Assembly: GCA_963977015.1 (NCBI GenBank)
Contig: CAXBMO010000001.1
Span: forward strand, 352,001 to 416,000
DNA length: 64,000 bases
Origin: an uncultured bacterium
GTDB taxonomy: Bacteria > Verrucomicrobiota > Verrucomicrobiia > Verrucomicrobiales > DEV007
Reading direction: 5' to 3'
Position numbers and translations under genes: made by a program
The notes under the pieces: generated by a model
Seen by the model: the letters and a program-made list of their open reading frames with translations, nothing else
What the model was told of the DNA's origin: nothing
Database searches by the model: none
Shown: positions 50,117 through 60,300 of the stretch, one piece after another
Numbering within the stretch: position 1 is the stretch's first letter
Layout: every line of letters begins with the position of its first letter

Positions 50117-52915
50117 TCACGATTCAGACAGGAGCTTGGCCGCATCCAGAACCGTCTTTTTGGACTTGGTCGCCGTCAGGTCGATCGCGACATAACCGGA
50201 AAAGCTCAGCCCGTTGTGGCGCTCCTCGAAGTTGAGTTTCTCCAGCAACTCAAGCCAACGGTCGAACTCGGAAAGTTGGTGGAGCGTGCCGGGAACCAAG
50301 GGCGAAAGCCGGCCTTTTCCACAATCCGAAATTCTGGCGTGCGCAATTCGCGAACGAATCAGGCTTCCGGATTCGCTCTTGATCTTTTCCGGCCGAATTC
50401 CGGCGAGAAAGGCCCAGTGCGCGACATCGAGATTGAAGCCGACCCGATTGGAGAGCGTCTTGGCGAATTGAGGGGCTTCGAGTTGCTTTGCAAACCAGGC
50501 CAAGGCGTTCCAGTCGTTGAGCAACTGGAGGGGGCCGGTTTCGAGATCGATGGCGAGCCGCACCGGCGAAGTCGTGCCGATGTCTTCAAACAACTGGCTG
50601 ATTCGATTGAGGAGCGTGGTTCCCAACGTGGTGCGATTCATGACGTTCGCGACAAAGACCTGACCGCCGGCTCCGGGCTTCTCGGAACGTCCCGGCCAGA
50701 CACCCTGAATCCGGCTGCCCGCCGAAATCTGGATGGTCTCGGGATCGAGCTCGCCGCCGCGCAGCACGTCGCTCAGACGAATCAGGAAGCGCAGCGCCGC
50801 CAACGGTTTGGCGGCGTGATCGGGATCGTGGTTCGCGAGTTCCGGCAGGTAAGTCGCCAGCGATGAAACCTGAACGCCGGCAGACTGACAACGTTCCAGA
50901 ATGCATTCGCCCATTTCGGCGATCGCTTTTGGCCGGTCCGCATTTGCCGCCATCCAATCCAGGGGAATCCGTCCCCTGCGATCCTTGGCCAGATTTCGGA
51001 TGTCGTTCTGTGAAAAGGCGAAGAGTTCGATTTTCTCGGTATTTCCTTCCCATGCCTCGAGAGCCTGATCCAAGCCCAGCAAGGAACACGACGTAAGGCC
51101 GGTGTATCGAAACGTCGGTGCGTCAGGACGATCGACCTTGGGCTGCTGAACGACTCTGGTTTGAGCCGGAAGAACGGCGGGTTGGGGCGCGAGAACGTCC
51201 TCCCAACTTCCATCCGTTTCGCGCCAAACTCCGATCCTCAGAAAACCGCGTTGCGCGTCAGCCGTCTTCTCGGCGTCGTCATCCGGGAGCGTCTGCTCAG
51301 CGTCAAAAACCCAGATTGAGCGAGGTTCGTTCACGAACTGAATCCAGGCCCAATGATTTTCATCCCAGCCAAAACGAGTCATCAGTTCTGCGCGAATCCA
51401 GGCGATGTCCGGCAAATCAGCCTCGCCTTGAAGAAAGGATGCGCAAAGCGGAACCAGGTCCTTCAACTGGGCGAGACGAAAGTCGCGATAGCGCGCCGCT
51501 GGGGCAACATAGGGAATGGTTTTGCGCTCCATCGTGACGGCTCCGCTCTGCAAAAACGGAACGATCGCGAAGAGGCCGTCGCGCCAATGCTCGACCGTTT
51601 CAAAGTCGGCGTCTTCCGCATCGACTTCGCTTTCCGGCAACCACCAGAGCAACGGCAGTTTCACGGCCTCCGGCGTAACCGGCAAGCTGTACAAACTCCG
51701 CAACTCCCGGAAATCCGGTTTCCGTAATTGAGATTCCTCATCCCACTTACTGAGATAATAACCGGACTCGGCCAACTGTTGGGTCGTTGCGCGAAGAAAG
51801 GGGAGGGACGCGGGGTCGTTGATGAGGAAGGTGGTTGCTCCGGGATCTTCGCGGCAGCCAACCATCAACACGGCATGATCACGGCGATGCTGAAACGTGC
51901 GCCGATGAATCTTCTCGAAATCGGAATGATGATAGCCGTTCGCCTCAAAAACGGGATCGGCAACTGGAAGTGCCATTCCGCCCCGCAACTGTTTCTCGGG
52001 CTTGGCCGGGGCGCCTAACCGACCCACGTCGACCGTCAGCACCATTGGCATTCCCGACCGGAGATAAGCCTGCGCGGCCGCAGTGAACGCGTCGTTGCGA
52101 CTGGTCCAATTGGCCGGGGGATTTGCGTAGCCCATGGTTTTGGGAACTTGCTTGATCGCCCGGAGACCAACCTCCCGGAAGTAGCGGGTCATCCCGCCGT
52201 AGTCCAGGCCGGAAAGCTGCATTTCGTAAACGTCATTCCCCGCCGCCTCACTTTCCCGAATCTTCTCATTCTGAGCCAACGCAGTCACTTCCAGAAGTCC
52301 GTGCAAACCGCTCGCGAACTCGTGCAGCAGAGCCGTCGCCATGAAGCAAACCGCTTGGGCGCAGAGTCCGCCTCCGGCCAGGGGGATGTGCTTGACGTAG
52401 GGCGTTCCTCTGAGTTGTCCGGGTTCCGCCGTTTCCCCATACTCGCGCCCGAGATCCGCCTGAAGAATCCTCCAGTTCCCACGCTCTTTTTCCAACCGGC
52501 GAGGCGGTTGCAAAAGCCCATCCGCAATTCGGGACGCTTCCTTCAGCAATTCGCGAGGACGGTCTTTGGGCGTGGGGAGCGCTTTGATCGGATCTTTTCC
52601 CGTCGTCTTGAGCCAACGGAGCCGCCTTCCCCAATGCGGATTTGCGGCGCGCATCCGTTCGATGCGTCTCAGGTTGACGAAGCTGATCCCGGCTTCGTCC
52701 TCCAAATAGAGTCGAAGCGCAAAACGAGGCTCGGAAAGCCCAAAAACCTGGGCTTCGTTGCGGGTGATGATCGACGAAGCATAGCGGCAGGCGAGATCGA
52801 TATCGCGGGTTTCGTCGTCATCGGTCGTCAGCAACCAATCCGCTAATTCGGTGATCTCCCGATAGCCATAGTCGCCGACCTGGCTAAAAAACTCGGCTTC
52901 GCTAACTTCGTTCAT
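50117..52915 (-). CDS. Fusion protein: papain/C39-like cysteine protease domain + C-terminal xylose-isomerase-like TIM barrel
   Basis: Cys185 (GLCAQA), His347 (DHAVLMVG), INDP, YLRSGMPM. The C-terminal region has IELF, LETG, NLDVAHW, HARISD and YVAIDL. Confidence 0.65.
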   Translation of the reverse strand: MNEVSEAEFFSQVGDYGYREITELADWLLTTDDDETRDIDLACRYASSIITRNEAQVFGLSEPRFALRLYLEDEAGISFVNLRRIERMRAANPHWGRRLRWLKTTGKDPIKALPTPKDRPRELLKEASRIADGLLQPPRRLEKERGNWRILQADLGREYGETAEPGQLRGTPYVKHIPLAGGGLCAQAVCFMATALLHEFASGLHGLLEVTALAQNEKIRESEAAGNDVYEMQLSGLDYGGMTRYFREVGLRAIKQVPKTMGYANPPANWTSRNDAFTAAAQAYLRSGMPMVLTVDVGRLGAPAKPEKQLRGGMALPVADPVFEANGYHHSDFEKIHRRTFQHRRDHAVLMVGCREDPGATTFLINDPASLPFLRATTQQLAESGYYLSKWDEESQLRKPDFRELRSLYSLPVTPEAVKLPLLWWLPESEVDAEDADFETVEHWRDGLFAIVPFLQSGAVTMERKTIPYVAPAARYRDFRLAQLKDLVPLCASFLQGEADLPDIAWIRAELMTRFGWDENHWAWIQFVNEPRSIWVFDAEQTLPDDDAEKTADAQRGFLRIGVWRETDGSWEDVLAPQPAVLPAQTRVVQQPKVDRPDAPTFRYTGLTSCSLLGLDQALEAWEGNTEKIELFAFSQNDIRNLAKDRRGRIPLDWMAANADRPKAIAEMGECILERCQSAGVQVSSLATYLPELANHDPDHAAKPLAALRFLIRLSDVLRGGELDPETIQISAGSRIQGVWPGRSEKPGAGGQVFVANVMNRTTLGTTLLNRISQLFEDIGTTSPVRLAIDLETGPLQLLNDWNALAWFAKQLEAPQFAKTLSNRVGFNLDVAHWAFLAGIRPEKIKSESGSLIRSRIAHARISDCGKGRLSPLVPGTLHQLSEFDRWLELLEKLNFEERHNGLSFSGYVAIDLTATKSKKTVLDAAKLLSES

Positions 52916-52924
52916 CGTCGGAGC

Positions 52925-53140
52925 CTAGTCAGAGCAAAAGCCGTAGGGCAGGGTATCCGATGCGGGACGAAACTCGAAGTCGTGGGGATGAACCAGGATC
53001 AATGCCTGGCGCAAGACCGCGCTCAAATCAGGGAACTGGCTCGCGGGAAGGCGCTCGAGGAGGGACTCCACCGTTTGGCAAACCCTTGACCCATGTTCGA
53101 TTTGGACCCAATGGAGGAATTTTTGACGGTCGACAGTCAT
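52925..53140 (-). CDS. Small protein (71 aa), partner of the protease/TIM-barrel fusion
   Basis: Putative promoter directly upstream of the ATG. Ends 9 nt before the large ORF and resembles its N-terminus. Confidence 0.6.
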   Translation of the reverse strand: MTVDRQKFLHWVQIEHGSRVCQTVESLLERLPASQFPDLSAVLRQALILVHPHDFEFRPASDTLPYGFCSD

Positions 53141-53145
53141 GCCTC

Positions 53146-53174
53146 AGCTTATCGACCCGCCAAGGTTGAACCAA
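53146..53174 (-). promoter_or_regulatory. Putative sigma70-type leaderless promoter of the 71-aa/932-aa unit
   Basis: Minus strand TTGGTT-17nt-TAAGCT-5nt-ATG(53140). Confidence 0.5.
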
Positions 53175-53190
53175 GAAGAAACAGGGGCAT

Positions 53191-53463
53191 TCAGCCCTTC
53201 TTTTTCGGAGCGGTGCGGTGAGGACCGAAGTATTTTTCGCTGCGATAGCGCAGCCAAACCCGAAGTTCTTGAGGGACTTTTTCGCGCTGGGTTTTGTCGA
53301 GGCGCTCATACAGCTCGATCGCTTTTTCGCGCTCTGCCCGACAGGCCCGGTTGTTGTGATCCTTCCAGCGACTGCGCGCCAACCGGATTCGTCGACACGC
53401 TTCTTTCAGCAGCGCTGCGCCCTCCAATTGGTCCGGATCGACTTTGTTCTTCTTCGCGGGCAT
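53191..53463 (-). CDS. Small basic hypothetical protein
   Basis: 90 aa, starts 3 nt after the cvfB-like stop, helical, LRVWLRYRSEKYFG. Confidence 0.7.
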   Translation of the reverse strand: MPAKKNKVDPDQLEGAALLKEACRRIRLARSRWKDHNNRACRAEREKAIELYERLDKTQREKVPQELRVWLRYRSEKYFGPHRTAPKKKG

Positions 53464-53466
53464 GGG

Positions 53467-54321
53467 TCAGTCCTTTTTACCGAGCCACTGAATTCCGCCT
53501 TCGGAGAGCTTCACTCGGCCATCGCGGTAGAGCGCACCAATCGCTTGTTTGAAGACCTTTTTGCTCATCCCCAACTGGTCCCGAATCGCTTCTGGCGGGC
53601 TCTTGTCGTGCAAGGCCAGAAATCCGCCGTCGATCCTGGCCAGCTGCTCCGCCAATTGCTCGGTGGCGTCGGTAACTCTCGCATAGCCGGGCGGATGCAG
53701 GGTCACATCAATCAAACCATCCTCCCGAATCCGGGCGACAAAACCGTTGCAGCGTTCTCCGCGTCGCGGGATCCCCTTGCTTTCCGTGGTATGGATCATT
53801 CCCCAGAAACTGTCGTTCACAATCGTCTTGAAACCGATGTCCGTTCGTTCGGCCAAAATCAGCGAAACCCGGTTTCCCGGTTGCAGATAATCGGGCGCGG
53901 TTTTTCCAATAAACTTGCCCAGCTTCGCGGAGGCGACGAGCCGGTTCGTGACTTCATCGACGTAAATGTAGACCAATTCTTTGTCCCCAACCTTGAGGCG
54001 GCGGGCTTGCTCGCCAAACGGAAGCAGGAGATCCTTGGGCATCCCCCAATCCAGAAACGCGCCGACTCTCGAAGCCGCCACGACTTCCAAGAGCGCAAAC
54101 TCATCGGCCATCGCAAAGGGCTTCTCCGTGGTCGCGACGAGACGATCCTCCGAATCGTTGGAGATGAACACTTCGATCTCCTCGCCCGGCTCAAACTCCG
54201 CCGGAACATAGCGATTCGGCAGCAGAATCTCGCCTAACTCGCCCCCGTCCAGAAGGATGCCGGACGAATGCGTCTTGACCGCTTGGAGTGTGTTGAGGCT
54301 TCCGATGATGACGTCTGACAT
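53467..54321 (-). CDS. cvfB: CvfB/YitL-family S1-domain RNA-binding protein
   Basis: ILLPNRY, DSEDRLVATT, GAFLDWG.PKDLL.P, DKSPPE.I...GMSKK.FK.AIG.LY. Confidence 0.9.
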   Translation of the reverse strand: MSDVIIGSLNTLQAVKTHSSGILLDGGELGEILLPNRYVPAEFEPGEEIEVFISNDSEDRLVATTEKPFAMADEFALLEVVAASRVGAFLDWGMPKDLLLPFGEQARRLKVGDKELVYIYVDEVTNRLVASAKLGKFIGKTAPDYLQPGNRVSLILAERTDIGFKTIVNDSFWGMIHTTESKGIPRRGERCNGFVARIREDGLIDVTLHPPGYARVTDATEQLAEQLARIDGGFLALHDKSPPEAIRDQLGMSKKVFKQAIGALYRDGRVKLSEGGIQWLGKKD

Positions 54322-54367
54322 GTTCCCGACCATACATCCAAAATCGGCCAAAGTCGCGGGCTGATCC

Positions 54368-56293
54368 TCACACCATCGATTCGACCTGGGTCAGCACGGC
54401 GAGGAACGGCAAATGCTGAAGCGCACCGAAGTGATCGTGTCGGCTCAGCCGCTCCCGCCGGCCTGCCGGGCTCGTGATTCCGCAGAAAAACCGGGCGAGT
54501 TGGCGGGGATGACGCAACGCGGCTTTCTTCTCGGCGATCACTTCGCGAATCAGCTCAACATGCTCCAGGGTCACTTCGTCGGTGATCGAACAGGGCAGTT
54601 CCTGTCGTTCGTCGCTGAGTCCGGCGTTGCAGCTCCCGCAATTGCCGCAAGGCTCCGGCATTTCTTCTCCAAAGTAGGTGACGAGTTGTTGCGTTAGACA
54701 GTGGCGCGTTTGACAGAGTTCGAGAACCAGATCGAGTCGTGAAATTTCACCGGCTTCACGCTGCGCAAAGAGCTCAACGAGATTCGCCGTGATTTGCGTG
54801 ACGTTCTCCGGATGATCCGGGGTGAGGCGATAGCCGTTCCGCAAGCCACTTGGCTGGAGCACAATCTCACCCAATTCCGCCAGATAATTCAGCGCCTGGC
54901 GAATCCGGTCGGGCGATTCTCCAATGCTGGCCGACGCGGAATCCACCTCAATCGTCTTCCACTTGCGTTGGCCGGTTGCCACCTCAAACAGCTTGCGCAG
55001 AAACGCCTGCCGCTTCGCATTGTGACCGGCAAGAATGCGCTCCATCGATTCCACGAAATGGAATCGGTAGTTGGCATAGAACGGCCCGGTTGACGTGATC
55101 ACCCCGGCGAGTTCCAGATTGGTCAGGGCGGTGGCGATGACGAGCGGACGAATGTCATTGGTGACGGAGAGATCATAACGACTGATGCTGAATTCGTCAC
55201 CTTGAAGCAGGACGTGTTCGACCAAATGACGCAGCGCTTGCGGCGTTGGGGTATCGCCGTAAACGAAATTTTCCAACACGATGCGATCATCGGCGCAGGC
55301 CAGGATCTCACAGGTCGAATCCTTCCCGTCGCGACCCGCGCGACCCGTTTCCTGAACGTAATTTTCCAGCGATTTGGGCAGGTTGTAGTGATAGACGTAG
55401 CGGATGTCGGATTTGTCGATCCCCATCCCAAACGCGATCGTCGCAACGACAATCTCGACCTCGCCAGACATGAACGCGTCCTGAACTTCTTCGCGATAAT
55501 CATCGGGAAGACCCGCGTGATAGGCCTTCGCATTCAAGTCAGCCCGCGCAAGAAAACCGGCGACCCGTTCCGCCGTTTCCTGAAGCGTCACGTAGACGAT
55601 CGTCGCTCCGGACGGGCGATCCCGCAGTCGGCTCACGAGCAGATCGTCGCGTTCCTCCGCCGGGCAGGGAGTTACCTGGAATTGGAGGTTCGGGCGGCGA
55701 AAGCCGGTTTGAATGTGGTCTTCCTCCGCAATGCCGAAACTGCGCCGAATGTCTTCGCTCACTTTCGGCGTCGCCGTCGCGGTCAGGGCCAGGACTCGTT
55801 CCACACCCAGCTCTTTCGTTAGAATCCCGAGCTTGAGATAATCGGGGCGGAAGTTGTGGCCCCATTCGGAAATGCAGTGGGCTTCATCCACCGCGATCAG
55901 CGAAATCCGCGTTTCGCGCAACTTCTGGAGAAACCCCTCATTCGCGAGGCGTTCCGGCGCGACGTAAAGAAGCTTTAGCTCCCCGCTCGCCATCTTCTGA
56001 TAGATCTCCGCGACCTCACTCTGCTCCAAACTCGAATCGAGCCGCGCCGCCGAAACCTCGCAACGCAACAACGCTTCCACCTGATCCCGCATCAAAGCGA
56101 TCAGTGGCGAAACCACCAGCGTAAGCCCGTCCAGGTGAATCGCCGGAAGCTGATAACAGAGACTCTTGCCGCCACCGGTCGGGAACACCGCCAGGGCGGG
56201 ACGACCAGCAATCAGAATGTCAACGATCTCGCGTTGGCCGGGCCGAAATTCGTTGTGCCCGAAAACGCGCTTGAGCGACTCTTCAATTGTCAC
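54368..56293 (-). CDS. recQ: RecQ-family ATP-dependent DNA helicase
   Basis: PTGGGKSLCYQ, DEAHCISEWGHNFRPDY, QETGRAGRDG, Zn-binding CGNCGSC. GTG start overlaps the rfbA stop. Confidence 0.94.
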   Translation of the reverse strand: MTIEESLKRVFGHNEFRPGQREIVDILIAGRPALAVFPTGGGKSLCYQLPAIHLDGLTLVVSPLIALMRDQVEALLRCEVSAARLDSSLEQSEVAEIYQKMASGELKLLYVAPERLANEGFLQKLRETRISLIAVDEAHCISEWGHNFRPDYLKLGILTKELGVERVLALTATATPKVSEDIRRSFGIAEEDHIQTGFRRPNLQFQVTPCPAEERDDLLVSRLRDRPSGATIVYVTLQETAERVAGFLARADLNAKAYHAGLPDDYREEVQDAFMSGEVEIVVATIAFGMGIDKSDIRYVYHYNLPKSLENYVQETGRAGRDGKDSTCEILACADDRIVLENFVYGDTPTPQALRHLVEHVLLQGDEFSISRYDLSVTNDIRPLVIATALTNLELAGVITSTGPFYANYRFHFVESMERILAGHNAKRQAFLRKLFEVATGQRKWKTIEVDSASASIGESPDRIRQALNYLAELGEIVLQPSGLRNGYRLTPDHPENVTQITANLVELFAQREAGEISRLDLVLELCQTRHCLTQQLVTYFGEEMPEPCGNCGSCNAGLSDERQELPCSITDEVTLEHVELIREVIAEKKAALRHPRQLARFFCGITSPAGRRERLSRHDHFGALQHLPFLAVLTQVESMV

Positions 56294-57165
56294 TTCTTCT
56301 CTGCCGCGACCATCTCCAAATACGCCCGATAGTCCGGGCTGCGGGTATCGGCGATGACCTTCTCGAATTGCGGTGCGTCGATGAAGCCCTGGTTGAAGGC
56401 GATTTCCTCGATGCAGGCGACTTTGTAGTTTTGCTGGCGCTCGATGGTCGAAATGTAGTTGCTGGCTTCGAGCATGCTTTGCGGCGTGCCGGTGTCGAGC
56501 CAGGCGATGCCGCGGCCGAGCAATTCGACGTTCAACTCGTCGCGTTTCAGGTATTCCACGTTCAAGTCCGTGATCTCCAATTCGCCGCGGGCGGATGGCT
56601 TCAGGCTTTTGGCGGTGTCGACGATTTGCTCATCGTAGACATACAATCCCGGCACCGCGTAGTTGCTCTTCGGTTTCTCGGGCTTCTCCTCGATGCTGAG
56701 CACTTTTCCGTTCTTGTCGAAGTCGACGACTCCAAAACGTTCCGGGTCGCGGACGTGATATCCGAAGACACAGGCTCCTTTCTCGCGAGCGAGCGCGCGT
56801 CGGAAGAAGTCGAGTTTGCCGTAAAAAATGTTGTCTCCCAAAATGAGAACCGCGCCTGAACCGTCGATGAAATCTTCGCCGACCAAAAATGCCTGCGCGA
56901 TGCCCTTGGGCTCGGGTTGAATCTTGTATTCAATGTTCAGTCCCAAACTGGCGCCATCACCCAGCAAATCCTCGAACTGCGGGGTGTCCTTGGGCGTGGA
57001 GATAATGAGAATGTCCTTCAGTCCACCGAGCATCAGCGTTGCCAGCGGATAGTAGATCATCGGCTTGTCGTAGATGGGAAGCAGTTGCTTGCAGGCCACC
57101 TGCGTCAGCGGATAAAGCCGTGTTCCCGCGCCGCCGGCGAGGATGATGCCTTTGCGATTTTTCAT
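56290..57165 (-). CDS. rfbA: Glucose-1-phosphate thymidylyltransferase
   Basis: GIILAGG.GTRLYP, KQLLPIYDKPMIYYP, SARGELEITD, WLDTGT. Confidence 0.96.
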   Translation of the reverse strand: MKNRKGIILAGGAGTRLYPLTQVACKQLLPIYDKPMIYYPLATLMLGGLKDILIISTPKDTPQFEDLLGDGASLGLNIEYKIQPEPKGIAQAFLVGEDFIDGSGAVLILGDNIFYGKLDFFRRALAREKGACVFGYHVRDPERFGVVDFDKNGKVLSIEEKPEKPKSNYAVPGLYVYDEQIVDTAKSLKPSARGELEITDLNVEYLKRDELNVELLGRGIAWLDTGTPQSMLEASNYISTIERQQNYKVACIEEIAFNQGFIDAPQFEKVIADTRSPDYRAYLEMVAAEKK

Positions 57166-57300
57166 CTGGCCTAGTTAACGTGATTCGGGTTCAGGTCGAG
57201 CAAAAAGGTTGCAATTGGGGCATCGGTAGGCTGAAAAACGTTCCGGAGAAATCGGATTCGAGTCTTGAGCCGATAGTCTCCGTCCGCTTAACTAAACCCT

Positions 57301-60300
57301 ATGAGGGGTTCTGAGACGAAGTTGGCGCGGCAGTTATCCCGGCGTATTGTTTTGTGTTCGTCGTTCGGGTTTTTGTGCATCGGGCTGATCGTCTCTCTGG
57401 TTGGAATTCGTCCGTTTTACGAGCAGCTCAAAATCGAGAAGAAGAACCAGCTGATCTTCGCGGCGAGCAATCGCCGACAAACCGTGGATCAGGTGTTGGC
57501 GCGAAAGAAAAGTATCGCGGCCCAGATCACGAGCCGGACGAAAGCGCGGCAAATGCTCGAACGATTCAACGCCGGAGAGGTGCCTCTGGAGGAAGCCGGC
57601 GCCTTTGTTCAGCCGATTCTGACGGATGCCTTGAGCCGGTCTCTCGACGTCATCGGCATTTTGCGTCTCGATGATCAGGGAAAGCAATTCGTGGGGGTGG
57701 GGGAGACGATTCCGCCGGATTTGTGGGTGATTCCCGCCCCGGATGCCAGGGAACCGGTTCTCCGTGGGGTGATTTTTTCGGGCGACGAGCCGCGGTTGGT
57801 CGTTGGGGCGCCGATTACCGATCGGGAGGCGAAGCGTGTCGGCACGGATGTCGTGCTCTTCACCGCAGGCGAATTGCGGCGCATCGTGCAGGATTACTCC
57901 GGCCTGGGCGAAACCGGCGAAATGATTTTGGGCGCGGCACGGGAATCGGGGCCGGAGGCGTTCTTTCCGTTTCGAGATGGGAAATCCGATTCCTCGCCGG
58001 TTCGCGAAGCCATCGCGCTGGCCGGAAACGGCGCGACGGGTGTTCTGTCGCGAGACAACGCCGAAGGCCACGAAGATCTGGTCGCTTACGAACCGTTGAC
58101 CCATGCGCCGTGGTCTGTCCTGGTGAAAATGGATCAGCAGGAACTGTTTGCCTACGTGCGAGGCCAGATGCTTCAGGTGGGATTGATTCTGGCTTCGCTC
58201 ATCGCCGGAGGCACGGCCGGGATGTTGATTCTGCTCCGGCCGCTCGCGGGCAAGGTGATTCTCCACACTGACGAAATGGAGAAAGAGGTTCGCCAGAAAA
58301 CGGCCTCCTACGAAGAGGCGAAACTGGCGGCAGAACAGGCGAACCGCGCCAAGAGCGAGTTTCTCGCCAACATGAGTCACGAGATCCGGACGCCGATGAA
58401 TGGGGTGCTCGGGATGACCGAATTGTTGCTCGATACCGACCAAACGCCCGAGCAGCGCCAGTATCAGTTGCTCGCCAAACAATCGGCCGAAACCCTGCTC
58501 GATTTGCTCAACGACATCCTGGATTTTTCCAAGATTGAGGCCGGCAAATTGGAGTTGGAAGAGGCGCCGTTCGATCTCGGCGAATCGCTTGGCGACACCC
58601 TTCAGACGCTTTCGCTTCGTGCCGGGCAAAAGGGCGTCGAGTTGGCTTACCACATTCCGCAGGAGGTGCCCCGCTGGCTGTTGGGCGATGTCGCGCGATT
58701 GCGGCAGGTTATCGTGAATCTCGTCGGCAATGCGATCAAGTTTACCGAAAGAGGCGAGATCGTGGTTCGCGTGAAACTGGCGGCGAAGACGGAAGATGCG
58801 GTGGAGCTTCACTTTTCCGTGCGTGACACCGGATTGGGGATTCCGATAGAGAAGCAGGATCACATTTTTGAGTCCTTCGAGCAGGCGGACGCTTCCACAA
58901 CCCGGAAATTTGGCGGAACGGGGCTGGGATTGGCCATTTCGCGCCGGATTGCGGAAAAAATGGGCGGGAAAATCTGGGTGGAAAGCGAGGAAGGCAAGGG
59001 CAGCGATTTTCAGTTCACCGGCCATTTCAGGATCAGTCAGGAAGCACCACCGGAGGCGGCGGAGAGTCTGGATTTGCGAGAAATCACCAAATCACTTCTG
59101 GATTTGCCGGTGCTCATTGTTGACGACAACGACACCAACCGGCTGATCCTCGAGGAAATTCTTCGGAACTGGGAATTGAAGCCGGTTTCGACTTCCAGCG
59201 GGAGGGAGGGCCTGGATTCCTTCGCAAAAGTTTCCGGCAGCGACGATGCGATTCAGCTCGTTTTGCTCGATTTCATGATGCCGGAAATGGACGGGCTCGA
59301 GTTTGCACGCAATCTGCGGGAGCTGCCGGAGGGCGATGAAGTGACCATCATCATGCTGACTTCCGCGGCCAAACCGCCCGGTCGGGAAATCCTGGATGAG
59401 CTGCGCATTTCACGAGCTCTCACCAAACCTGCCAAGCAATCCGACTTGCTCGACGCCATCATGGAAGCACTGGGGCCGGCAACCCGGGGACCGGATACCG
59501 TTGAAATTGCGAAATCCACCGTCGTCAGCGATGAAGCCTCGCTTCACTTTCTGGTGGCCGAAGATGGCCGGGTCAACCAAGCCGTGGCAACCCAACTGCT
59601 CAAGAAACACGGTCACACCGCAACAGTCGTGGAGAATGGCCGCGAAGCGATCGAGGCGCTCAACGTTGCACAGTTTGACGCCATCCTCATGGACGTGCAA
59701 ATGCCGGTGATGAACGGCTATGAAGCCACCGCCGTGATTCGCCAGCAGGAAAAGGACGATCCTGGCGGACGGCACATTCCCATCATCGCAATGACCGCGA
59801 ATGCGATGAAAGGCGATCGCGAAAAATGCCTCGAAGCGGGGATGGATGATTACGTCGCCAAACCCGTCCGGCCGGCGGAACTTTACGAAGCCATCGGCAG
59901 GCTGAAAACGGTTCGGAAAGTCAAGAAACCGGCGGTTCGGGAACCTGCGGAGAAAAATCTCGACCATCTCGAGGTTTTTGATGCCAAAACCTTTCGCGAA
60001 ACGATGGGGGGAGAGGATTTGATGCGAACCCTGATTGTGGAGTTCAGGCAGGAATCGCAGATGATCATGGAGCGATTGGAAACCGCGCTGGTTGGAGCTG
60101 ATGGCGACAAACTTCACGAGGCGACACACGCGCTGAAGGGCTTGGTGGGGACGTTTTGTGCGGATCGCGCTTTCGAAGTCGGATCCCGGCTCAACGCCGC
60201 GGCTCGCGGAGGCGATATGGAGGCCGCCCGAGATCTTTTCCCGCGAATGGAGCGCGAAATGGGGGATCTGGGCAAGGCGTTGACCGAGTTCAGGGGGGAA

